Below are positions 30,901 through 42,460 of a DNA stretch of 64,000 bases, one piece after another. The position numbers and the translations under genes are program-made. The notes below the pieces were generated by a model. That model searched no databases. It saw nothing but the letters and a program-made list of their open reading frames with translations, and had not been told where the DNA came from. The DNA is from Eledone cirrhosa (Eukaryota), in NCBI GenBank assembly GCA_964016885.1, contig OZ024741.1:132370001-132434000 (forward strand), in the 5' to 3' direction. Every line of letters begins with the position of its first letter. The stretch's first letter is position 1.

Positions 30901-33900
30901 ACTGACGTCTTTTTACTAGATAATTCAGTTAAACAAGCCGCACCGAGGCTATGGACTGACGTCTTTTTACTAGATAATTCAGTTAAACAAGCCACACTGA
31001 GGCTATGGACTGGCGTCTTTTTACTAGATAATTCAGTTAAACAAGCCACACTGAGGCTATGGTCTGACGTCTTTTCACTAGATAATTCAGTTAAACAAGC
31101 CACACTGAGGCTATGGACTGACGTCTTTTTACTACATAATTCAGTTAAACAAGCCACACTGAGGCTATGGTCTGACGTCTTTTCACTAGATAATTCAGTT
31201 AAACAAGCCACACTGAGGCTATGGTCTGACGTCTTTTCACTAGATAATTCAGTTAAACAAGCCACACTGAGGCTATGGACTGACGTCTTTTTACTAGATA
31301 ATTCAGTTAAACAAGCCACACTGAGGCTATGGTCTGACGTCTTTTTACTAGATAATTCAGTTAAACAAGCCACACTGAAGCTATGGTCCGACGTCTTTTT
31401 GCTACACAATTCAGTTAAACAAGCCACACTGAGGCTATGGACTGACATCTTTTTACTAGATAATTCAGTTAAACAAGCCACACTGAGGCTATGGACTGAC
31501 GTCTTTTTACTAGATAATTCAGTTAAACAAGCGACACTGAGGCTATGGACTGACGTCTTTTTACTAGATAATTCAGTTAAACAAGCCGCACCGAGGCTAT
31601 GGACTGACGTCTTTTTACTAGATAATTCAGTTAAACAAGCCACACTGAGGCTATGGACTGGCGTCTTTTTACTAGATAATTCAGTTAAACAAGCCACACT
31701 GAGGCTATGGACTGGCGTCTTTTTACTAGTTAATTCAGTTAAACTAGGCACACCGAGGCTATGGTCTGACGTCTTTTCACTAGATAATTCAGATAAACAA
31801 GCCACACTGAGGCTGTGAACTGACGTCTTTTTACTAGATAATTCAGTTAAACAAGCCACACTGAGAGTATGGACTGACGTCTTTTTACTAGATAATTCAG
31901 TTAAACAAGCCTCACTGAGGCTATGGACTGACGTCTTTTTACTAGATAAGTCAGTTAAACAAGCCGCACCGAGGCTATGGACTGACGTCTTTTTACTAGA
32001 TAATTCAGTTAAACAAGCCACACTGAGGCTATGGACTGACGTCTTTTTACTAGATAATTCAGTTAAACAAGCCACACTGAGGCTATGGTCTGACGTCTTT
32101 TCACTAGATAATTCAGTTAAACAAGCCACACTGAGGCTATGGACTGACGTCTTTTCACTAGATAATTCAGTTAAACAAGCCACACTGAGGCTATGGACTG
32201 ACGTCTTTTTACTAGATAATTCAGTTAAACAAGCCACACTGAGGCTATGGACTGACGTCTTTTTACTAGATAATTCAGTTAAACAAGCCGCACCGAGGCT
32301 ATGGACTGACGTCTTTTTACTAGATAATTCAGTTAAACAAGCCACACTGAGGCTATGGACTGACGTCTTTTTACTAGATAATTCAGTTAAACAAGCCACA
32401 CTGAGGCTATGGTCTGACGTCTTTTCACTAGATAATTCAGTTAAACAAGCCACACTGAGGCTATGGTCTGACGTCTTTTCACTAGATAATTCAGTTAAAC
32501 AAGCCGCACTGAGGCTATGGACTGACGTCTTTTTACTAGATAATTCAGTTAAACAAGCCACACTGAGGCTATGGTCTGACGTCTTTTCACTAGATAATTC
32601 AGTTAAACAAGCCACACTGAGGCTATGGTCTGACGTCTTTTCACTAGATAATTCAGTTAAACAAGCCACACTGAGGCTATGGACTGACGTCTTTTTACTA
32701 GATAATTCAGTTAAACAAGCCACACTGTGGCTATGGTCTGACGTCTTTTCACTAGATAATTCAGTTAAACAAGCCACACTGAGGCTATGGACTGACGTCT
32801 TTTTACTAGATAATTCAGTTAAACAAGCCACACTGAGGCTATGGACTGACGTCTTTTTACTAGATAATTCAGTTAAACAAGCCGCACCGAGGCTATGGAC
32901 TGACGTCTTTTTACTAGATAATTCAGTTAAACAAGCCACACTGAGGCTATGGACTGGCGTCTTTTTACTAGATAATTCAGTTAAACAAGCCACACTGAGG
33001 CTATGGTCTGACGTCTTTTCACTAGATAATTCAGTTAAACAAGCCACACTGAGGCTATGGACTGACGTCTTTTTACTACATAATTCAGTTAAACAAGCCA
33101 CACTGAGGCTATGGACTGACATCTTTTTACTAGATAATTCAGTTAAACAAGCCACACTGAAGCTATGGTCTGACGTCTTTTTACTAGATAATTCAGTTAA
33201 ACAAGCCACACTGAGGCTATGGTCTGACGTCTTTTTACTAGATAATTCAGTTAAACAAGCCAGACTGAGGGTATGGACTGACGTCTTTTCACTAGATAAT
33301 TCAGTTAAACAAGCTACACTGAGGCTATGGACTGACGTCTTTTTACTAGATAATTCAGTTAAACAAGCCGCACCGAGGCTATGGACTGGCGTCTTTTTGC
33401 TACATAATTCAGTTAAACAAGCCACACTGAGGCTATGGACTGACATCTTTTTACTAGATAATTCAGTTAAACAAGCCACACTGAGGCTATGGACTGACGT
33501 CTTTTTGCTACATAATTCAGTTAAACAAGCCACACTGAGGCTATGCACTGACGTCTTTTTACTAGATAATTCAGTTAAACAAGCCGCACTGAGGCTATGG
33601 TCTGACGTCTTTTCACTAGATAATTCAGTTAAACAAGCCTCACTGAGGCTATGGACTGACGTCTTTTTACTAGATAATTCAGTTAAACAAGCCGCACCGA
33701 GGCTATGGACTGACGTCTTTTTACTAGATAATTCAGTTAAACAAGCCACACTGAGGCTATGGACTGACGTCTTTTTACTAGATAATTCCGTTAAACAAGC
33801 CACACTGAGGCTATGGTCTGACGTCTTTTCACTAGATAATTCAGTTAAACAAGCCACACTGAGGCTATGGACTGACGTCTTTTCACTAGATAATTCAGTT

Positions 33901-36900
33901 AAACAAGCCACACTGAGGCTATGGACTGACGTCTTTTTACTAGATAATTCAGTTAAACAAGCCACACTGAGGCTATGGACTGACGTCTTTTTACTAGATA
34001 ATTCAGTTAAACAAGCCGCACCGAGGCTATGGACTGACGTCTTTTTACTAGATAATTCAGTTAAACAAGCCACACTGAGGCTATGGACTGGCGTCTTTTT
34101 ACTAGATAATTCAGTTAAACAAGCCACACTGAGGCTATGGTCTGACGTCTTTTCACTAGATAATTCAGTTAAACAAGCCACACTGAGGCTATGGACTGAC
34201 GTCTTTTTACTACATAATTCAGTTAAACAAGCCACACTGAGGCTATGGTCTGACGTCTTTTCACTAGATAATTCAGTTAAACAAGCCACACTGAGGCTAT
34301 GGTCTGACGTCTTTTCACTAGATAATTCAGTTAAACAAGCCACACTGAGGCTATGGACTGACGTCTTTTTACTACATAATTCAGTTAAACAAGCCACACT
34401 GAGGCTATGGTCTGACGTCTTTTCACTAGATAATTCAGTTAAACAAGCCACACTGAGGCTATGGTCTGACGTCTTTTCACTAGATAATTCAGTTAAACAA
34501 GCCACACTGAGGCTATGGACTGACGTCTTTTTACTAGATAATTCAGTTAAACAAGCCACACTGAGGCTATGGTCTGACGTCTTTTCACTAGATAATTCAG
34601 TTAAACAAGCCACACTGAGGCTATGGACTGACGTCTTTTCACTAGATAATTCAGTTAAACAAGCCACACTGAGGCTATGGTCTGACGTCTTTTCACTAGA
34701 TAATTCAGTTAAACAAGCCACACTGAGGCTATGGACTGACGTCTTTTCACTAGATAATTCAGTTAAACAAGCCACACTGAGGCTATGGACTGACGTCTTT
34801 TTACTAGATAATTCAGTTAAACAAGCCACACTGAGGCTATGGACTGACGTCTTTTTACTAGATAATTCAGTTAAACAAGCCGCACCGAGGCTATGGACTG
34901 ACGTCTTTTTACTAGATAATTCAGTTAAACAAGCCACACTGAGGCTATGGACTGGCGTCTTTTTACTAGATAATTCAGTTAAACAAGCCACACTGAGGCT
35001 ATGGTCTGACGTCTTTTCACTAGATAATTCAGTTAAACAAGCCACACTGAGGCTATGGACTGACGTCTTTTTACTACATAATTCAGTTAAACAAGCCACA
35101 CTGAGGCTATGGTCTGACGTCTTTTCACTAGATAATTCAGTTAAACAAGCCACACTGAGGCTATGGTCTGACGTCTTTTCACTAGATAATTCAGTTAAAC
35201 AAGCCACACTGAGGCTATGGACTGACGTCTTTTTACTACATAATTCAGTTAAACAAGCCACACTGAGGCTATGGTCTGACGTCTTTTCACTAGATAATTC
35301 AGTTAAACAAGCCACACTGAGGCTATGGTCTGACGTCTTTTCACTAGATAATTCAGTTAAACAAGCCACACTGAGGCTATGGACTGACGTCTTTTTACTA
35401 GATAATTCAGTTAAACAAGCCACACTGAGGCTATGGACTGACGTCTTTTTACTAGATAATTCAGTTAAACAAGCCTCACTGAGGCTATGGACTGACGTCT
35501 TTTTACTAGATAATTCAGTTAAACAAGCCGCACCGAGGCTATGGACTGACGTCTTTTTACTAGATAATTCAGTTAAACAAGCCACACTGAGGCTATGGAC
35601 TGACGTCTTTTTACTAGATAATTCAGTTAAACAAGCCACACTGAGGCTATGGTCTGACGTCTTTTCACTAGATAATTCAGTTAAACAAGCCACACTGAGG
35701 CTATGGTCTGACGTCTTTTCACTAGATAATTCAGTTAAACAAGCCGCACTGAGGCTATGGACTGACGTCTTTTTACTAGATAATTCAGTTAAACAAGCCA
35801 CACTGAGGCTATGGTCTGACGTCTTTTCACTAGATAATTCAGTTAAACAAGCCACACTGAGGCTATGGTCTGACGTCTTTTCACTAGATAATTCAGTTAA
35901 ACAAGCCACACTGAGGCTATGGACTGACGTCTTTTTACTAGATAATTCAGTTAAACAAGCCACACTGTGGCTATGGTCTGACGTCTTTTCACTAGATAAT
36001 TCAGTTAAACAAGCCACACTGAGGCTATGGACTGACGTCTTTTTACTAGATAATTCAGTTAAACAAGCCACACTGAGGCTATGGACTGACGTCTTTTTAC
36101 TAGATAATTCAGTTAAACAAGCCGCACCGAGGCTATGGACTGACGTCTTTTTACTAGATAATTCAGTTAAACAAGCCACACTGAGGCTATGGACTGGCGT
36201 CTTTTTACTAGATAATTCAGTTAAACAAGCCACACTGAGGCTATGGTCTGACGTCTTTTCACTAGATAATTCAGTTAAACAAGCCACACTGAGGCTATGG
36301 ACTGACGTCTTTTTACTACATAATTCAGTTAAACAAGCCACACTGAGGCTATGGACTGACATCTTTTTACTAGATAATTCAGTTAAACAAGCCACACTGA
36401 AGCTATGGTCTGACGTCTTTTTACTAGATAATTCAGTTAAACAAGCCACACTGAGGCTATGGTCTGACGTCTTTTTACTAGATAATTCAGTTAAACAAGC
36501 CAGACTGAGGGTATGGACTGACGTCTTTTCACTAGATAATTCAGTTAAACAAGCTACACTGAGGCTATGGACTGACGTCTTTTTACTAGATAATTCAGTT
36601 AAACAAGCCGCACCGAGGCTATGGACTGGCGTCTTTTTGCTACATAATTCAGTTAAACAAGCCACACTGAGGCTATGGACTGACATCTTTTTACTAGATA
36701 ATTCAGTTAAACAAGCCACACTGAGGCTATGGACTGACGTCTTTTTGCTACATAATTCAGTTAAACAAGCCACACTGAGGCTATGCACTGACGTCTTTTT
36801 ACTAGATAATTCAGTTAAACAAGCCGCACTGAGGCTATGGTCTGACGTCTTTTCACTAGATAATTCAGTTAAACAAGCCTCACTGAGGCTATGGACTGAC

Positions 36901-39900
36901 GTCTTTTTACTAGATAATTCAGTTAAACAAGCCGCACCGAGGCTATGGACTGACGTCTTTTTACTAGATAATTCAGTTAAACAAGCCACACTGAGGCTAT
37001 GGACTGACGTCTTTTTACTAGATAATTCCGTTAAACAAGCCACACTGAGGCTATGGTCTGACGTCTTTTCACTAGATAATTCAGTTAAACAAGCCACACT
37101 GAGGCTATGGACTGACGTCTTTTCACTAGATAATTCAGTTAAACAAGCCACACTGAGGCTATGGACTGACGTCTTTTTACTAGATAATTCAGTTAAACAA
37201 GCCACACTGAGGCTATGGACTGACGTCTTTTTACTAGATAATTCAGTTAAACAAGCCGCACCGAGGCTATGGACTGACGTCTTTTTACTAGATAATTCAG
37301 TTAAACAAGCCACACTGAGGCTATGGACTGGCGTCTTTTTACTAGATAATTCAGTTAAACAAGCCACACTGAGGCTATGGTCTGACGTCTTTTCACTAGA
37401 TAATTCAGTTAAACAAGCCACACTGAGGCTATGGACTGACGTCTTTTTACTACATAATTCAGTTAAACAAGCCACACTGAGGCTATGGTCTGACGTCTTT
37501 TCACTAGATAATTCAGTTAAACAAGCCACACTGAGGCTATGGTCTGACGTCTTTTCACTAGATAATTCAGTTAAACAAGCCACACTGAGGCTATGGACTG
37601 ACGTCTTTTTACTAGATAATTCAGTTAAACAAGCCACACTGAGGCTATGGTCTGACGTCTTTTTACTAGATAATTCAGTTAAACAAGCCACACTGAAGCT
37701 ATGGTCCGACGTCTTTTTGCTACACAATTCAGTTAAACAAGCCACACTGAGGCTATGGACTGACATCTTTTTACTAGATAATTCAGTTAAACAAGCCACA
37801 CTGAGGCTATGGACTGACGTCTTTTTACTAGATAATTCAGTTAAACAAGCGACACTGAGGCTATGGACTGACGTCTTTTTACTAGATAATTCAGTTAAAC
37901 AAGCCGCACCGAGGCTATGGACTGACGTCTTTTTACTAGATAATTCAGTTAAACAAGCCACACTGAGGCTATGGACTGGCGTCTTTTTACTAGATAATTC
38001 AGTTAAACAAGCCACACTGAGGCTATGGACTGGCGTCTTTTTACTAGTTAATTCAGTTAAACTAGGCACACCGAGGCTATGGTCTGACGTCTTTTCACTA
38101 GATAATTCAGATAAACAAGCCACACTGAGGCTGTGAACTGACGTCTTTTTACTAGATAATTCAGTTAAACAAGCCACACTGAGACTATGGACTGACGTCT
38201 TTTTACTAGATAATTCAGTTAAACAAGCCTCACTGAGGCTATGGACTGACGTCTTTTTACTAGATAAGTCAGTTAAACAAGCCGCACCGAGGCTATGGAC
38301 TGACGTCTTTTTACTAGATAATTCAGTTAAACAAGCCACACTGAGGCTATGGACTGACGTCTTTTCACTAGATAATTCAGTTAAACCAGCCGCACTGAGG
38401 CTATGGACTGACGTCCTTTTACTAGATAATTCAGTTAAACAAGCCACACTGAGGCTATGGTCTGACGTCTTTTCACTAGATAATTCAGTTAAACAAGCCA
38501 CACTGAGGCTATGGTCTGACGTCTTTTCACTAGATAATTCAGTTAAACGAGCCACACTGAGGCTATGGACTGACGTCTTTTTACTAGATAATTCAGTTAA
38601 ACAAGCCACACTGTGGCTATGGTCTGACGTCTTTTCACTAGATAATTCAGTTAAACAAGCCACACTGAGGCTATGGACTGACGTCTTTTTACTAGATAAT
38701 TCAGTTAAACAAGCCGCACCGAGGCTATGGACTGACGTCTTTTTACTAGATAATTCAGTTAAACAAGCCACACTGAGGATATGGACTGGCGTCTTTTTAC
38801 TAGATAATTCAGTTAAACAAGCCACACTGAGGCTATGGACTGACGTCTTTTTACTACATAATTCAGTTAAACAAGCCACACTGAGGCTATGGACTGACAT
38901 CTTTTTACTAGATAATTCAGTTAAACAAGCCACACTGAAGCTATGGTCTGACGTCTTTTTACTAGATAATTCAGTTAAACAAGCCACACTGAGGCTATGG
39001 TCTGACGTCTTTTTACTAGATAATTCAGTTAAACAAGCCAGACTGAGGGTATGGACTGACGTCTTTTCACTAGATAATTCAGTTAAACAAGCTACACTGA
39101 GGCTATGGACTGACGTCTTTTTACTAGATAATTCAGTTAAACAAGCCGCACCGAGGCTATGGACTGGCGTCTTTTTGCTACATAATTCAGTTAAACAAGC
39201 CACACTGAGGCTATGGACTGACATCTTTTTACTAGATAATTCAGTTAAACAAGCCACACTGAGGCTATGGACTGACGTCTTTTTGCTACATAATTCAGTT
39301 AAACAAGCCACACTGAGGCTATGCACTGACGTCTTTTTACTAGATAATTCAGTTAAACAAGCCGCACTGAGGCTATGGTCTGACGTCTTTTCACTAGATA
39401 ATTCAGTTAAACAAGCCTCACTGAGGCTATGGACTGACGTCTTTTTACTAGATAATTCAGTTAAACAAGCCGCACCGAGGCTATGGACTGACGTCTTTTT
39501 ACTAGATAATTCAGTTAAACAAGCCACACTGAGGCTATGGACTGACGTCTTTTTACTAGATAATTCCGTTAAACAAGCCACACTGAGGCTATGGTCTGAC
39601 GTCTTTTCACTAGATAATTCAGTTAAACAAGCCACACTGAGGCTATGGACTGACGTCTTTTCACTAGATAATTCAGTTAAACAAGCCACACTGAGGCTAT
39701 GGACTGACGTCTTTTTACTAGATAATTCAGTTAAACAAGCCACACTGAGGCTATGGACTGACGTCTTTTTACTAGATAATTCAGTTAAACAAGCCGCACC
39801 GAGGCTATGGACTGACGTCTTTTTACTAGATAATTCAGTTAAACAAGCCACACTGAGGCTATGGACTGGCGTCTTTTTACTAGATAATTCAGTTAAACAA

Positions 39901-41741
39901 GCCACACTGAGGCTATGGTCTGACGTCTTTTCACTAGATAATTCAGTTAAACAAGCCACACTGAGGCTATGGACTGACGTCTTTTTACTACATAATTCAG
40001 TTAAACAAGCCACACTGAGGCTATGGTCTGACGTCTTTTCACTAGATAATTCAGTTAAACAAGCCACACTGAGGCTATGGTCTGACGTCTTTTCACTAGA
40101 TAATTCAGTTAAACAAGCCACACTGAGGCTATGGACTGACGTCTTTTTACTAGATAATTCAGTTAAACAAGCCACACTGAGGCTATGGTCTGACGTCTTT
40201 TTACTAGATAATTCAGTTAAACAAGCCACACTGAAGCTATGGTCCGACGTCTTTTTGCTACACAATTCAGTTAAACAAGCCACACTGAGGCTATGGACTG
40301 ACATCTTTTTACTAGATAATTCAGTTAAACAAGCCACACTGAGGCTATGGACTGACGTCTTTTTACTAGATAATTCAGTTAAACAAGCGACACTGAGGCT
40401 ATGGACTGACGTCTTTTTACTAGATAATTCAGTTAAACAAGCCGCACCGAGGCTATGGACTGACGTCTTTTTACTAGATAATTCAGTTAAACAAGCCACA
40501 CTGAGGCTATGGACTGGCGTCTTTTTACTAGATAATTCAGTTAAACAAGCCACACTGAGGCTATGGACTGGCGTCTTTTTACTAGTTAATTCAGTTAAAC
40601 TAGGCACACCGAGGCTATGGTCTGACGTCTTTTCACTAGATAATTCAGATAAACAAGCCACACTGAGGCTGTGAACTGACGTCTTTTTACTAGATAATTC
40701 AGTTAAACAAGCCACACTGAGACTATGGACTGACGTCTTTTTACTAGATAATTCAGTTAAACAAGCCTCACTGAGGCTATGGACTGACGTCTTTTTACTA
40801 GATAAGTCAGTTAAACAAGCCGCACCGAGGCTATGGACTGACGTCTTTTTACTAGATAATTCAGTTAAACAAGCCACACTGAGGCTATGGACTGACGTCT
40901 TTTCACTAGATAATTCAGTTAAACAAGCCGCACTGAGGCTATGGACTGACGTCCTTTTACTAGATAATTCAGTTAAACAAGCCACACTGAGGCTATGGTC
41001 TGACGTCTTTTCACTAGATAATTCAGTTAAACAAGCCACACTGAGGCTATGGTCTGACGTCTTTTCACTAGATAATTCAGTTAAACGAGCCACACTGAGG
41101 CTATGGACTGACGTCTTTTTACTAGATAATTCAGTTAAACAAGCCACACTGTGGCTATGGTCTGACGTCTTTTCACTAGATAATTCAGTTAAACAAGCCA
41201 CACTGAGGCTATGGACTGACGTCTTTTTACTAGATAATTCAGTTAAACAAGCCACACTGAGGCTATGGACTGACGTCTTTTTACTAGATAATTCAGTTAA
41301 ACAAGCCGCACCGAGGCTATGGACTGACGTCTTTTTACTAGATAATTCAGTTAAACAAGCCACACTGAGGCTATGGACTGACGTCTTTTTACTAGATAAT
41401 TCAGTTAAACAAGCCGCACCGAGGCTATGGACTGACGTCTTTTTACTAGATAATTCAGTTAAACAAGCCACACTGAGGATATGGACTGGCGTCTTTTTAC
41501 TAGATAATTCAGTTAAACAAGCCACACTGAGGATATGGACTGGCGTCTTTTTACTAGATAATTCAGTTAAACAAGCCACACTGAGGATATGGACTGGCGT
41601 CTTTTTACTAGATAATTCAGTTAAACAAGCCACACTGAGGCTATGGTCTGACGTCTTTTTACTACATAATTCAGTTAAACAAGCCACACTGAGGCTATGG
41701 ACTGACGCCTTTTTACTAGATAATTCAGTTAAACAAGCCAC
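24936..41741 (-). other. 5,601-codon open frame of 18-aa repeats (ACLTELSSKKTSVHSLSV); probably non-coding, a by-product of the satellite
   Basis: The frame is open because the monomer is 18 codons and stop-free in this frame. It starts at GTG inside a monomer, has no non-repetitive termini, and is bounded only by a point-mutation stop (41778) and a 1-bp deletion (about 24972). The confidence given is for it being a real CDS. Confidence 0.05.
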
Positions 41742-42460
41742 ACTGAGGATATGGACTGGCGTCTTTTTACTAGATAATTAAGTTAAACAAGCCACACTGA
41801 GGCTATGGACTGACGTCTTTTTACTACATAATTCAGTTAAACAAGCCACACTGAGGCTATGGACTGACATCTTTTTACTAGATAATTCAGTTAAACAAGC
41901 CACACTGAAGCTATGGTCTGACGTCTTTTTACTAGATAATTCAGTTAAACAAGCCACACTGAGGCTATGGTCTGACGTCTTTTTACTAGATAATTCAGTT
42001 AAACAAGCCAGACTGAGGCTATGGACTGACGCCTTTTTACTAGATAATTCAGTTAAACAAGCCACACTGAAGCTATGGTCTGACGTCTTTTTACTAGATA
42101 ATTCAGTTAAACAAGCCACACTGAGGCTATGGTCTGACGTCTTTTTACTAGATAATTCAGTTAAACAAGCCAGACTGAGGCTATGGACTGACGTCTTTTC
42201 ACTAGATAATTCAGTTAAACAAGCCACACTGAGACTATGGACTGACGTCTTTTTACTAGATAATTCAGTTAAACAAGCCGCACCGAGGCTATGGACTGGC
42301 GTCTTTTTACTAGATAATTCAGTTAAACAAGCCACACTGAGGCTATGGACTGGCGTCTTTTTACTAGATATTTCAGTTAAACAAGCCACACTGAGGCTAT
42401 GGTCTGACGTCTTTTCACTAGATAATTCAGTTAAACAAGCCACACTGAGGCTATGGTCTG
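24971..42460. repeat. Satellite domain D: indel-free 17.5-kb homogeneous core with 47/57/60/69-monomer HOR variants
   Basis: The marker set GAGGGTATGG / AAGCTACAC / GGCGTCTTTTTGCTACAT recurs at 26593, 30319, 33397, 36637 and 39175 (spacings 69, 57, 60 and 47 x54). The GGCTGTGAAC marker ends + ORFs at 28092, 31818, 38136 and 40674 (69, 117 and 47 x54). The 54-bp phase is unbroken from about 24975 to about 42465. Confidence 0.85.

Noticed and set aside
33397-38136. Leucine-rich-repeat or other solenoid protein on the plus strand (LRLWTDVFLLDNSVKQAT)
   Set aside because: The 18-aa unit is shorter than known LRR classes and does not fit LxxLxLxxNxL. There is almost no synonymous divergence, and recurrent TGA and TAG stops occur at the Trp codon.
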